This document shows, one piece after another, positions 26,280 through 38,790 of a DNA stretch of 64,000 nucleotides (position 1 is the stretch's first letter; the number at the start of each line of letters is the position of its first letter). Below the pieces are notes generated by a model. It did not search any database. It was given only the letters and a program-made list of their open reading frames with translations, and was not told the origin of the DNA. Source of the stretch: Macrostomum lignano (Eukaryota); assembly GCA_002269645.1 (NCBI GenBank), contig NIVC01002890.1, forward strand, positions 62,001-126,000. Reading direction: 5' to 3'. The translations under genes and the position numbers were made by a program.

Positions 26280-29200
26280 GCCTAGTAGTGATGGGTTAGA
26301 GGGATCAGAATATTAAGTCAATATTTTATTTAGTCAATAATCATAAGTTGGTTGCCTTGTAGGTTTTTAGAGGCAAGATTATTTTTTGGGATTAAGTAGG
26401 ATCAGTATATTATTTTATATGGATATTTTTAGTAGCTTTAACATAATTTGCTTATGATCTACTATACATATCTTAAGAGGCCTATACAATACAATTTCAT
26501 ACAAAATTCTTTCAAGAAACAAGTTACATTTATATTAGGATTCTACCTCTTAGCATTGATAACATTAAAGAATTAGAATATTTAGTGCTTAGAATTCAAT
26601 TAAAATATTAAAACCAAGAAACTTTTCTATATTTTTTATAATAGGGCCACTATAGTTATTTTAAGCAGAAAAGAGCAAAGTTGTTTTTATATTTTGAGCT
26701 AATCAAATAAATGTAAGCTTTCAAAGCAATAAGAAAATGAAGAATATTGAAAAAGAATAATTAAGGATAACCTAAAGGGCTTAAAGCTAAGATACAAGTA
26801 CAATTGCAATATCATATATCAAGTTTATTATATTTAGCTTACATGTATATATATACTTTTAGAATAAAATAAAATACTTATTGCTATACCAAATACATTT
26901 AATAAAAAATTATAAGGAATAATCTACAAATGGTTTTGAACAGTAGCAAAAAGTTTCCTAGGGAATTATAAAGATTTTTGACTTACTATACTATTAAAGA
27001 AAATTCTTAAAAGAAATTAGATTTCAAAGAGATTTAGAAAACCCTATTGGAAAATATATCTTTTGCAATTAGAATTAGCCAATTGTTATACTTTAAATAG
27101 ACCCCTATTAAGGCTATATTTACTATAGTAGTATAGTAGGGCAAAAGAATAGGAAAATAGTAGTCTATAGAAACACTATATGGCCTAGATCTAGATGTAG
27201 AGAAACTTTAAAGGAGCTTTATAGCCTAAGATAACTTTATAGGCCTAGTATATGAGGCTTCTAGTTTATTGGCAACAAGCTAATTTGGCAACAACCAATT
27301 CAGCAACAAGTCAGTTTGGCAACAGCTAATTTGGCAAATGCTAAAGGTTAAGAAAGCTATATATGACACTTGTTAAAATTTAAAATATTTCCATTATAGT
27401 CCTTGCCATTCAAGTAAGGTAATTTTGTTTTAATCATTCTGAATAACACATTTTCAAAGAGGTGCATGTACATCCCCTTGGAGTCTTGGACTTAGAGTAT
27501 GTACATTTTTTCTACTTCTCTTTGCTACTTGTATTTGTTGATTGCACTGCTTGCACTTCCAGTCAAATGAAGCAACAGACTTAAGATGGCGCTGCACTCT
27601 GCTTTGTATACCATTTTTGGAGATGCCTACATACAGAATTGAATTTACACACTTATATCACTGTACATTATGTATACCATATGTTAATTGTATTTTATGA
27701 ATTCTATTAGCACCAAACTTTGGTATTTGATTGGTACATGTATAAATACTTACTGGAATTACATTTTATATGTTGCTTGTGGCATACATCACAGTAAATG
27801 GCGGCAGTGTCGCATCATTAGTGACTCTTCTTGCACACAATGCAGTGGTCTAAATTGTCACAATTAAAATTGAGCATTGAAAAATTAACTGAATGCAACT
27901 TCAATTTCTACTTTACCATTCTGCGTGCATTGAGCTAATATGTATCACTATACAATTTTAATTTTTATATTCACTTTGTACATTTACAGTATATTTTATA
28001 AAGCTAACTCAACATTATATTCCCTTATTCATTATGCTTTGTATAGCAGTCATATGACTTTATAGCTTTATTTGATAGCTGCACTGTGAATGAGCCTTTG
28101 AGTGGAACACAGTTCATTATGCATGTATACATGTACATATGATATAATGTATATAGCATATCCTATACTTTTGCAGCAAAAAGTGCAAAGTGTAAAAGAC
28201 TCAATATAAACTATAGTCTGGATCATGCTAAGTGCATACCTAAACAAAAATTTGAATAAATACAAATGCATGCCAAAAAATGTAGTGCACATCCCATTCT
28301 CAAAAATACACTAGTGTTGAGAAAATAAATGACCTTTTTTACATTGTGACAACAAATGACCTTTTTTAATTGTGCAATATACCCTTATTACCAGATAATT
28401 TGGTTGTTTTTTACGCTTCTTTGGCGATACTATTTACAGCAGAAAATTTATACATACAAAGATTTGTTTAAATGCTCTTTTACAAGCTTGAAAAACTGGA
28501 AAGCTTGAAATTTGCGCTTAAAAATAAACCTTTTTTCATCTTTTTTCTATTTCACAATAACTTTTATGTGTGATTCTATAAAGTGCACCCCAGGTGTGCA
28601 CGCATACTATTTTCTCAGGAGTAATGCACACCAACTGTGAACACCTAATTTTGGTATGCAATACCAATGCACACCCAAATTTTTGGCATATACTACATGA
28701 TCCAAGTATGGAGTATAAAATACAATTCAACTAGGATCCTTAATTTTTAGTCTCTTCAACAATTGTTCTTAGTGTCTTACATTTTGTTTTACTATTAGCA
28801 AGTGTGACTTATATTGGGAAAAGCTATATATATTGGTATATAAAGTAAAGTGTACCATTTTGTCTTATTTTGGAATTGAAATAAATATACAAACTCAATG
28901 CAATGGATGACAAATTACTGCCCTGTTTTAACTGCCTCCTCATATGTTGCCAAACTGACTATTGCCAAATTGGTTGTCACCAAGTCAACCTGTTGCCGAA
29001 TTAACTAGTTCCTATATATGATAGACTTAGATAGGATAGGTCCAAGCATAGCTAAACATGTAATATAAGTAGCATATATACTTTTTCTTAGATTTAAAAT
29101 ATATATAATATAAAATGAAATGGGAAAAACTTACCTTTAAAATATGACATCCTATTTTAAGAATACCTAGTTTATATGCAATTATAATATAATGTAAATA

Positions 29201-31794
29201 AAGTAACAAAGCAATTAGGCCCCCTAATCTAAAAAGCAGTAGTAAGTCTAAGTAGTAAGTCTATAACTTAAGCTACTGGCTACTAAGCCTACTAGGGCCT
29301 ATTGGTTTTATTAAATTAAATTAGAGTTTAAATAATTCTAATACTAGTATTTAAGGAACTTGGAAGTAGTAGTAGGTCTACTATTAATATTTAATAGTGG
29401 CTAGTTTAACGACTAGTCACTAGGGGGCCTAATTATCAGTTCTTAATCTATTAAGGCCTGGTATAGTAGCACAAACAGCCAAAACTCGGTTCAGGACTAG
29501 TACAGTAGTACTAAATATTAAGACCCTAACAGCAATGAAATGTGAATAGAAACTGTTGGGAACGTTAACCGAATTTAAAGCAGGCCTTTTCAACGCAATC
29601 TATACATAAAATATCAGTACTTGAAATTGCCTCCTGGATTATACACGAGATTGATTGATGACGGAAAAGAATAGTAATAGCATGCATGTCCTTCGTCTAG
29701 TTTCTAAGAAAATCACATTTAAAATTAGGTTCCTAGTCATTTCGTCATCTGCCATTTCGTCATCTGGGTGTCTGGGGTGCTCACCTCGACGATGGTCACT
29801 TCGTCATCTTAATTAGCATGCACTACCTGAAGAGAGTCATTTCGTCATCCACGAATCATATTAGTTCCAACTTCAAGTGAATTAATGTGGCTATCAAACA
29901 TATTTACTTGGAATCCTAATTATCCTAGTCATTTTGTCATCTCGATCGATAAAACCTGTCGATCGATCGGTTCTGCTTGCCGCAGCTTATAGTTATTAAA
30001 CAAAAAATATTTTACACTAACTAAGTCCCACACAGATTGATTGATTAATGACGAAGTATCCAGCATAGCTAAATATTTGGTCACTTCGTCATATTATTTT
30101 TTCAAGCTACTCTGCTTCTGGTCACTTCGTCATCCGATATGACGAAATGGAAAATGGAATGACGATCTGACCGGTGACCTAAAATTACGGCTTCTTAAAC
30201 ATATGGCACAGGGTCAGGGTCTGGTCCCTGAATAAAATAGTTTCTTGAAAAAATATTCCCTAAGGCACTAGATCACTTGTCAGCGTAATTTAGGCCCTAG
30301 TAAGAAGTAAGGAACAAAGAGTCGCTAGAAGTCTTATTAAAGGCTCGCTTGAGTCGCGAGTCGTTTTAAACGAAGCATATGCATTTTCGCGGTAGCTTTA
30401 CCAATTTTCGGCTCTGGAACCTTAGCCTGGCTTAACTCTATCTATTCATCAAATTTAAAATGTTTGGCTTTGGCTTATGCAATGCTGTGACTGGTTGTAA
30501 ATATTTGCTTTTCATGCCTTGTTATTTCCTGGGGCGGCTAGTGTAGTAGGCCATAGCCCGTAGGCTGTAATGCTATTTTAACACTGTCTAAGTCAAACCT
30601 CAGTTAAGCTTAGCCTTAAGCATTCATTAGCCTAGTTTTAAATTAACCATTCAACTGTTCAATTATGCATTATTTGTGAACAACCACTACACTGCTAAGG
30701 TCTAACTAATTCAAGAGGATATTTTATGATACTTTCTTTTTCATGTCAAATTAAGTCAAAATATTTTTATGTCAAATTAAAACTAAATTTTGTCTATTTT
30801 TGTATAAAATTTGTTTTCTTTGTCTTGAGATATAAATAAAATAGTTGAAAATGTTGTTTTTTATTCTAAATGTAAATTTAAAAGATTAAATAGCTATATT
30901 TGTTTTAATTAGGCCTAGGTTAAGATCTAGCTAGGCCAATGAATCATGAATGTCCTCATAATAAGGCCTACATATTATTTTTTTAAATAATTTATGGATA
31001 TGGGCTAGGCCTATTAAACACTGAAGCAGATATTAGAATTTTAATTTTAGCATTATTACACTACTAGTACTAGTAGTAGGCCTACTAATATTATATTTTT
31101 ACTTTTTTATATTTACAATTTAGCAATTTTTATTATTTTGTTATATACTTCTATTCTAGCTAGATAATAGATATAAAAGTAGATAGGGCAAAATAGGTAA
31201 TAATTATAATTTATATTAAATAATTTTTTTTGTAATTTTGAAATTCAAGGTGCCTAGGCTTATACCCTTTTTAATTATCTCCTTTATTCTCTTTTATTTG
31301 GCAAACCCTTTGTTGGGCTTTGGCAATATATTTTATCTTATTTGAAAGATTCTTTTGACTTTTTCTTTTTTATAGCCATTTTAGCTACTTAGATTTTTAG
31401 CCAAACAATACCATAGGCCCCATAGTTTGGATTATATACTAGTGTACGCTAGCTTTAATGCTAAAAAAATAATGAGACTTTATTTGTATATTGGGTTTGT
31501 GCACCAATATAAAAAAATGTAATTTGACATAATGTATCTACTCTGTTATGTATGCCAGGATATATCTTGATATACATTGAAAAATAGTAAGACCATTGTT
31601 ATATGCTGGGAAATCCTAGCATTGTCACCTTCTAAACTATAGCATAGGCCTATATAGACTAACTAATATAGGCTAATATTAATTTCCAAGTCCTTTGACA
31701 TATCATTTTTAAAAAGATAGTTTTTTATTCTCAAAAAAAAGTTTTAACTATATGATTAGCTACTAATTTAACAAGTTTTAAAGCATTATGACTA

Positions 31795-34700
31795 TGTAGT
31801 CTGGCTTGTTGGTGCGCGTGCACTTAGATGTGCACGTCTGGTTTTGGGGGTTGGGGTTTAGCGCTGCAGCGTGTGCGTGCTTAGGGTGGTTACACCCACC
31901 CCAACTTTGGCATTAAATATATTGGCGTGAGCCAGAGAAGTCTCCTCACGTTTTGTTCGTCACTGCAATTCAACCCACGGTCTTACACTGGTGGCAGCGG
32001 TCTCAATATGGCCAAATCAGAGCAAGCCAGTTTATTGCCTCCAAAGTTCAGCGGCGACTCCAATGTAAGAATGTGGCTAAGCACGTTTGAAGACTTCGCC
32101 GACGACTGTGAATGGGACGACAAGAAGAAGGCAAAGAAGCTGAGACTGCTGGTGACAGGAGAAGCGCAAATCTTCGTTTGGGAGCAGCCGGCAGACGTGT
32201 CAGCCAGCTATGAAAGGCTGAAGGAGAAGCTGATCGAGTGCTTCGGCAACAGTCTGAGCTGCTACAGAGCAATGGAGGATTTTGTAGAGCGAAAGCGACA
32301 GCCCAACGAGTCGCTGAGGGAGCTCGCCTACAGCCTGAAGCTTCTCCACCTTCGGGCCCGCCTGGACGACTCCGTGGCGGCTCGGGAAAAGGACGTGAAG
32401 TTTCGCCTGATGCGCCTCCTGCCATCTGCCGTGAGAGATGCACTGTTGAAGGACCAGGACGCGGACTCGTGTTCGCTGACCGCTATCGTCGACAGAGCTG
32501 CGCAGCTTGAGCTGGTGAGCCACGCAACTACAGCCTCATCAGCCGCGGTGTCGGTAGAAGACAGACGGCTGAGCCAGCTGGAGCAGCAGATGCAGCAGCT
32601 GACAGCCAGCGTGCGAACGGGACCACTCGGAAGAGACAGGCGTCAGAAGGGACCATTAAGTGCTTCAGCTGCGGCGAGCCGGGTCACATTGCTAGGCGGT
32701 GCCCAAAGGCGATCGGCAGCCGCTGCAGCCGGTGCTCAGGCAAGGGTCACTCCGCCGCGGTGTGCCCGACACCAACTGGTCAGCCGCAGGGAAACTTCTG
32801 AGGGTCGGCAGCCTGGGCCAGCACCGACCCGCTCAAAAGGGGCCCTCAGATCAGCGCCTTCAGTCTTCGTGAAGGTGCACTTTGGCAGCGTGTCAGCGCC
32901 TGCTCTGCTCGACACCGGCGCGCAAGTTTCGTTGATGGACAAGTCGCTGTTCGACAGACTGCAGTGCAAGATCGACTCCACCGACATCGGTGCGCTGCCG
33001 ACGGCCGTCGACGGATCCCGGCTGCGCTGCCTTGGCCTGTCAGCAGCGGATGTTTCGATCGGCCAGACCATCCGCGTGCGCCATCGCTTCACAGTCGTGG
33101 ACGGCATCCAGCCCAACCTGATCATCGGCATGGACTTCATCGGCGAGGTGTCGCAGGCGATGACCATTGACATTAAAGAAGGCGTCGTCAGGTTCGACAG
33201 CACAGCCGTGCCTTTCAGCAGCGAGCCGGCTCGAGCAGACTGTCGCCTGGTGCCGAGTGTCCTGGTGGCGCGTGTGGCGGCAACTACGGAGTTGCCCGCC
33301 CGCAGCGAGAAGCTGGTGTGGCTCAAGGTGGATTCCAGCGGCGAGCAGGGAGTCTTTGAGCCGTCTGAGGACTTCGTGAAGTCCACTGCCGTCCTGCCGG
33401 CCCGCGTGCTGGCGGTCTCGGACGACTGCCGCATCCCGGTGAAAATGTGCAACCTGGAAGAGGAGCCCGTGCTGCTGTACGCCAACAAGGCGGTCGGCAC
33501 GTTCGAAGGCGCGATGACAGACGGGGACGGTCGCCAGGAGGCGGCCCAGGAGAACCCCATCGGTTGGAACATGAACGCGGAGCTGCCCGAACCGGATGCT
33601 GCGAGGCTGCGACAGCTGCTGGAGAGCAACGAGGACCTGTTCGCCAGGCACGAGTACGACCTGGGCACGACGGCGTTGCTGCAGCACCAGATCGAGCTGG
33701 AGCCGGGAGCGCGGCCACACCGGCAGGTCCAGCGCCGGCTGCCGCTGTCTGTGCGAGACCAGGTGGACAAGAAGATCGGCCAGATGCTGGAAAGCGGCAT
33801 CATCGAGCCGTCGACATCGCCATGGGCCAGCAACCTGCTGGTGGTCCGCAAGAAGAACGGCGACATCAGACTGTGCACGGACTGGCGGCAGCTCAACGCC
33901 TGCACGGTCAAGGATGCGTACCCGCTGCCGCACCTGCAGCAGGCCATGGATGCGCTTGTCGGATGCTCCTGGTTCTCCACCATCGACTGCCGGCAGGGCT
34001 ACCACCAGGTGGAGGTGGCGGAGGAGGACCGGTACAAGACGGCTTTCTATTCGACGCGCGGCCTGATGCAGTTCTGCAAGATGGGCTTCGGGATGTGCAA
34101 TGCCCCGGCGACGTTCCAGCGGCTCATGGAACTGGTGATGTCCGGCCTGTCCTGGGAGTCCGTGCTGACTTATATCGACGACATCATTGTCTTCAGCAGG
34201 ACGTTCGACGAGCACTTAGAGAGGCTGGCGGAAGTTTTTAAGCGGTTGCGAGACGCGGGACTCAAGCTGCATAAGGCCAAGAGCGCGTTCGGCCATCGCC
34301 GGGTGCTGTACCTGGGACACCTGATCAGCGAGCAGGGCATCGCACCGGATCCCGGCAAGGTCGAGGCCATTCGCAGCATGCCCAGCCCAACGACGACCGA
34401 GGAGGTGAAGCGGTTTCTTGGAATGCTGGGGTTCTACCGTCGGTTCATCCCAGGCTTCAGCCAGACGGCGAGGGTCCTGCACGACGTCAGCGTGAAATCG
34501 AGGGACTTCGCGTGGAGCAGCGACTGCGAGCGAGCGTTCCACGAGTTGAAGGACCGACTGACGACGGCTCCGGTGCTGAGGCTGCCGGATTTTACCAAGC
34601 AGTTCGTGCTCAGCTGCGACAGCAGTCAGTTCGCCGTCGGCGCGGTGCTCAGCCAGCTGCACGGTGACGCCGAGCTGCCTGTGGCGTTCGCCTCTCGCAC

Positions 34701-36733
34701 CCTCAACAAGGCCGAGCGCAACTACTCGGCGACCGACCGCGAGCTGCTGGCGCTGGTCTGGAGTCTGAAGCACTTCAGGACGTACCTGCTGAGTGTCCCG
34801 AGCTTCAGAGTCTACTCGGACTACCGGCCACTGCAAGGTCTGCTGACAACGAAGGACCCCGAAGGTCGGCTGGCGCGATGGCTTTCTACGCTGCAGCAGT
34901 TTTCGTTCGAGCTGCTGTACCGGCCTGGCAGGGACAACGTCGTGCCGGATGCGCTGAGCCGGGTGGCCGGCACGCGCCTGCAGCCTCGGTGGGACGACAG
35001 CCGCCTGCACGAGGAGCAACTGCAAGACCCGCTGCTGAGCAAGGTGTTCCAGGCGCTGACCGACGGGATTGACAGCCTGTCCGATTCATGGGCGGCGCAG
35101 GTTCGCGAGCTGCTGGACGAGGCCTCGGTGAGCTCGGCGGGTGTCCTGCTGGTGGGTGGCCGGCCAGTCATTCCCGGTCACCTGCGGCCGCATTTTCTGC
35201 AGCAGGCGCACTCGTGCGACCAGAGCGGACACCTCGGCGTCGACAGGACCGGAGCGAGATTGTCTGAGCGCTGCTGGTGGCCTGGTCTGCGACGGGACGT
35301 CGAGAACTGGGTGGCCAGCTGCGCGGTCTGCCTGGCCAAGAAGAGTCCAACCAAGCCGCAGAAGGCGCCGCTACAGTCGACGTGCCAGCCGACGGCTCCG
35401 TGGCAGCTGGTGCAGATTGACATCAAAGGGCCGCTTCCGCGTACGACTGATGGCAAGGCGTACATCCTGAGCATGTGCGACGCCTTTTCCAAGTGGATGG
35501 AGACGGCAGCCCTGGCGGCGATCGACGCGGTGACGGTGGCGGAGGCGCTGCTCAAGTCGGTGGTTCTGCGTCACGGCGCTCCTCAGGTGCTGCACAGTGA
35601 CCAGGGACGGCAATTCGAGAGCGAGGTGTTCGGCCGGCTCTGCGAGCAGCTGGGCGTTGAAAAGACGCGCACGTCGCCGTTTCATCCGAGCGGCAACGGA
35701 ATCGTCGAGCGAGGCAACCGGACGCTCGGCGATATGCTGGCGACGACGGTGGCCGAGAACCAGCAGGATTGGGACAGCAAGCTGCCATATGTGACCTGGG
35801 CCTACAACACCTCCGTGCACAGCACCACCGGCCTCAGTCCGTACCAGGTCCTCCACGGCTGGCCACCGAGGCTGGCTCTCGAAAGCTGGCTGATAAGCGG
35901 CGACCGGCCGGCAGCCGACGGTGGACATCACGGCTTCCTGCGGCGGACTCAGGAGAACCTGCAGAGCGCTTTCGACACAGTGCACGGCCGACTGCGGAGC
36001 GCCCAGGTCGAGCGCAACCGGCTGGCCAACCAGGACTCTCGGTTCGTGCCGTTCGAAGAGGGCCAGCTCGTGATGCTGCGCAACTCCGTCATCAAGCGCG
36101 GCCAGACGCGGTGCCTGAGCGCCAAGTGGAAGGGGCCGTACCGAGTCCTGAGGCGCCTGGGCGAGGTCAATTACCGCATCCAGGACGAGACCGGCCGCAG
36201 GCGCCGGCTGGTGGTGCACCACGACCGCCTCAAGCGCTTCGTGCAGCGGCGGGCGTCACTGGAGCTTCCGGCCGCAGCAGACCACCAGCCGCCGGCCGCC
36301 GACTCCGACAACGACGGCACCGTCGCTGAGCCGCCCGGGCAGGCGGCCGATCCTGACGGCGACGCGGTGACCTTCTGGCCCGAGCTGCAGGCAGACGATG
36401 CACCCGAGGAGCAGCCGGCGGCACCGGCCGAGCCGGTCACGGTTCCCCGGCGGTCGGCGAGAGAGCGGCGGCCACCTGACTTATACATGGCGGGCTTTGC
36501 TTGACTCTGGAACTGTCTTTTGCTTCTAGGGGGAAAGTAGTGTAGTCTGGCTTGTTGGTGCGCGTGCACTTAGATGTGCACGTCTGGTTTTGGGGGTTGG
36601 GGTTTAGCGCTGCAGCGTGTGCGTGCTTAGGGTGGTTACACCCACCCCAACTTTGGCATTAAATATATTGGCGTTAGCCAGAGAAGTCTCCTCACGTTTT
36701 GTTCGTCACTGCAATTCAACCCATGGTCTTACA
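31795..36733 (+). mobile_element. Full-length Ty3/Gypsy LTR retrotransposon, 4939 bp
   Basis: 193-bp TG..CA LTRs (31795-31987, 36541-36733; 2 mismatches), TSD ACTA, PBS TGGTGGCAGCGGT (tRNA-Leu type) and PPT AGGGGGAAAGTAG. Domain order is PR-RT-RNaseH-IN. Confidence 0.97.
32008..36504 (+). CDS. Gypsy Gag-Pol polyprotein, fused in frame in this copy by two 1-nt deletions
   Basis: LLDTGA, YIDD, RNase H (CDSS, DRELLA, SDYRPL, PDALS), integrase HHCC plus QIDIKGP, HSDQG, IVERGNR, and a KWKGPY motif. Confidence 0.9.
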   Translation: MAKSEQASLLPPKFSGDSNVRMWLSTFEDFADDCEWDDKKKAKKLRLLVTGEAQIFVWEQPADVSASYERLKEKLIECFGNSLSCYRAMEDFVERKRQPNESLRELAYSLKLLHLRARLDDSVAAREKDVKFRLMRLLPSAVRDALLKDQDADSCSLTAIVDRAAQLELVSHATTASSAAVSVEDRRLSQLEQQMQQLTASVRTGPLGRDRRQKGPLSASAAASRVTLLGGAQRRSAAAAAGAQARVTPPRCARHQLVSRRETSEGRQPGPAPTRSKGALRSAPSVFVKVHFGSVSAPALLDTGAQVSLMDKSLFDRLQCKIDSTDIGALPTAVDGSRLRCLGLSAADVSIGQTIRVRHRFTVVDGIQPNLIIGMDFIGEVSQAMTIDIKEGVVRFDSTAVPFSSEPARADCRLVPSVLVARVAATTELPARSEKLVWLKVDSSGEQGVFEPSEDFVKSTAVLPARVLAVSDDCRIPVKMCNLEEEPVLLYANKAVGTFEGAMTDGDGRQEAAQENPIGWNMNAELPEPDAARLRQLLESNEDLFARHEYDLGTTALLQHQIELEPGARPHRQVQRRLPLSVRDQVDKKIGQMLESGIIEPSTSPWASNLLVVRKKNGDIRLCTDWRQLNACTVKDAYPLPHLQQAMDALVGCSWFSTIDCRQGYHQVEVAEEDRYKTAFYSTRGLMQFCKMGFGMCNAPATFQRLMELVMSGLSWESVLTYIDDIIVFSRTFDEHLERLAEVFKRLRDAGLKLHKAKSAFGHRRVLYLGHLISEQGIAPDPGKVEAIRSMPSPTTTEEVKRFLGMLGFYRRFIPGFSQTARVLHDVSVKSRDFAWSSDCERAFHELKDRLTTAPVLRLPDFTKQFVLSCDSSQFAVGAVLSQLHGDAELPVAFASRTLNKAERNYSATDRELLALVWSLKHFRTYLLSVPSFRVYSDYRPLQGLLTTKDPEGRLARWLSTLQQFSFELLYRPGRDNVVPDALSRVAGTRLQPRWDDSRLHEEQLQDPLLSKVFQALTDGIDSLSDSWAAQVRELLDEASVSSAGVLLVGGRPVIPGHLRPHFLQQAHSCDQSGHLGVDRTGARLSERCWWPGLRRDVENWVASCAVCLAKKSPTKPQKAPLQSTCQPTAPWQLVQIDIKGPLPRTTDGKAYILSMCDAFSKWMETAALAAIDAVTVAEALLKSVVLRHGAPQVLHSDQGRQFESEVFGRLCEQLGVEKTRTSPFHPSGNGIVERGNRTLGDMLATTVAENQQDWDSKLPYVTWAYNTSVHSTTGLSPYQVLHGWPPRLALESWLISGDRPAADGGHHGFLRRTQENLQSAFDTVHGRLRSAQVERNRLANQDSRFVPFEEGQLVMLRNSVIKRGQTRCLSAKWKGPYRVLRRLGEVNYRIQDETGRRRRLVVHHDRLKRFVQRRASLELPAAADHQPPAADSDNDGTVAEPPGQAADPDGDAVTFWPELQADDAPEEQPAAPAEPVTVPRRSARERRPPDLYMAGFA

Positions 36734-37030
36734 ACTAAATAAGCTAGAATTGTAGTAAATTTTCTTCTAGAATAAGAAATCTTACCAGTTTTATTAGCTA
36801 TTTTGATTATAATAGTTCAAATTATTATTTTATTATCTTTAAACAAACCTAAAAATAACCTTAAAAAAATTTCTACTTTCTAGCACAATTAAACTAGGTT
36901 TTTTTAATATTTTGGCCCTAAAATAATGTTTCTCAATCTTAAAGATATGTCAAATATAATTTCAAATTTTGTCAGTTACATTGATATCAGTATTTAATAG
37001 TAGAGATTTTTTGATAGATTTAATTATTTT

Positions 37031-37998
37031 GGCATTCCTTCGTTTTACAATCATTGAAATTAGTGACGATCCCCATTGGAGAGATAGGGAAGATACAAAA
37101 TTGTTGTCTATTTCATCAAAATGCAAAAAAATCAGTAGACAAGCACTCCAATCCTTTTTATTTATCCATCATAACACTAGCTGCATGTTCAAATGAAAAA
37201 AGAAGGTAAAGGGGTTATAGTGATCCATTTCACAGTTCCAAGAATTCAAAGATGATCCTATATATCCACTTTGGTTTGCGATCATTTAAATGGAAGAGAT
37301 ACATGTAAATGATTGTGAACCGAAGCTAGCGTATGTGTGTAAAGGGGTTTTAGTGTTTTACAAGCTCTATCTGAAATCGATCACTATCTCAATACATGGC
37401 TAGCTTCAGTTCACGATCATTTACATGTATTGCTTACATCTAAATGATCATAAACCAAAGCTGAGGGGGGGTGGCAGTGTGCAGAGAATAATAAAGCATC
37501 AAGTTACTTGGGAGCGCACGTTAACTCAAGATAACATTTCAATCGCCAACAAGCCAACAAATAAATATATGACTACATATGTCTTCGACACCCCCCTCAG
37601 CTTCAGTTCACAATCATTTAAATTGAAGAAATACATGTAAATGATCGTGAACCAAAGCTAGCCATGTATTGAGATAGTGATTGATTTTAGATAGAGCTTG
37701 TAAAACACCAAAACCCCCTTACACACATACGCTAGCTTCGGTTCACGATCATTTACATGTATTGCTTCCATTTAAATGATCGTAAACCAAAGTGGATATA
37801 TAGGATCCTCGTCATTGCAATGCCATTAAAGAAACCATTTGTCGGCTATTCCGTTCAGTTTTTTCTAATGTAACGAATAAGCTCAGTTTAACAATTTTTG
37901 TTTATTTCAAGCAAGCTATGATCATTTATATGAAAAATTACATGGGGATCGTGAACTGAAATGTGGGTGGAAAAATGATCGTAAACCAAAGGAATGCC
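37031..37998. mobile_element. Foldback/MULE-like non-autonomous element with long internal inverted repeat
   Basis: TIR GGCATTCCTT.G.TTTAC.ATCATT, perfect 8-bp TSD ATTATTTT, and inner inverted arms at ~37255-37470 and ~37590-37805. Confidence 0.85.
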
Positions 37999-38790
37999 AT
38001 TATTTTTAATACATTAAGTAAAAGCATAGTGAAAGTATAATAATTAATATAATGTAAGTCAAGATTAAATATATTGTATTTAAACAAATTTACTTTAAAA
38101 TTAGTTAATTAAGGGATCTTAAAACTAGCAGTCAATTTTTCTTAGTTAATACAATTTGTTGCAAAGCTGTAGCTTGGGCTTAGCTTTGTGAGGGCTAGTA
38201 AGCAAAGAGTAAAAGTTATGACGAGTTGGATCAAAGCTGTTATTTATTAGCCACTGGTTTTGGGATAGAAAATTAATGTTCATAAATTTATAATTACAGA
38301 TACTTAAATAATAATAAAATAAATTTAAAAATGCTATTGCAAATTTGTAAATGCTATTAGAAGTTTTTTTTGTAATTATAACTATAAATGTTAAAAAATA
38401 AGCCTTATATAGGCCTAGGCTTACTAAAAACTAGCAACTTATTATTTGTTTAATAGTAATAATTAGATAGAATTTTAGGAAAACATTTTAAAAACAGCTA
38501 AGAACTATCTCATCACTTGTTCTAGGCCTTTGGGTTAAGCCACTCTACTAGATACTATTGGGTCTATGAAAATTAATCTGGCAATCAATTATCGATTTAT
38601 CATTATGCTTTTAACTCTATTGCCTGAATCATCATGTACTGGCTGTACTTATTGAAAATGGCACTAAAAGTCTTCAGTTCAAAGGTTCAGTTCAGTTGAA
38701 TAGCTACATGACTCTGCATTCTCCCTCGCTATTGCCAGCCAGAGGCCACTCCTTGCCCAGACATCAGACGCAGTCCTGTCGCACTACAAT

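Larger units (their letters stand above)
14029..34291 (+). repeat. Tandem segmental duplication: 14029-24160 and 24165-34291, joined by a 4-nt filler (AACA)
   Basis: Identical ORF set at offsets of 10136 falling to 10131. Only ~2 substitutions and 7 single-base indels noticed. Confidence 0.95.

Noticed and set aside
31927-32007. GTG start of the 1525-aa ORF (also 21794)
   Set aside because: It lies inside the LTR; the plausible start is the ATG at 32008 (21875).
32736-36569. Long antisense and alternate-frame ORFs over Gypsy pol
   Set aside because: Shadow ORFs of GC-rich coding DNA with no recognisable motifs.
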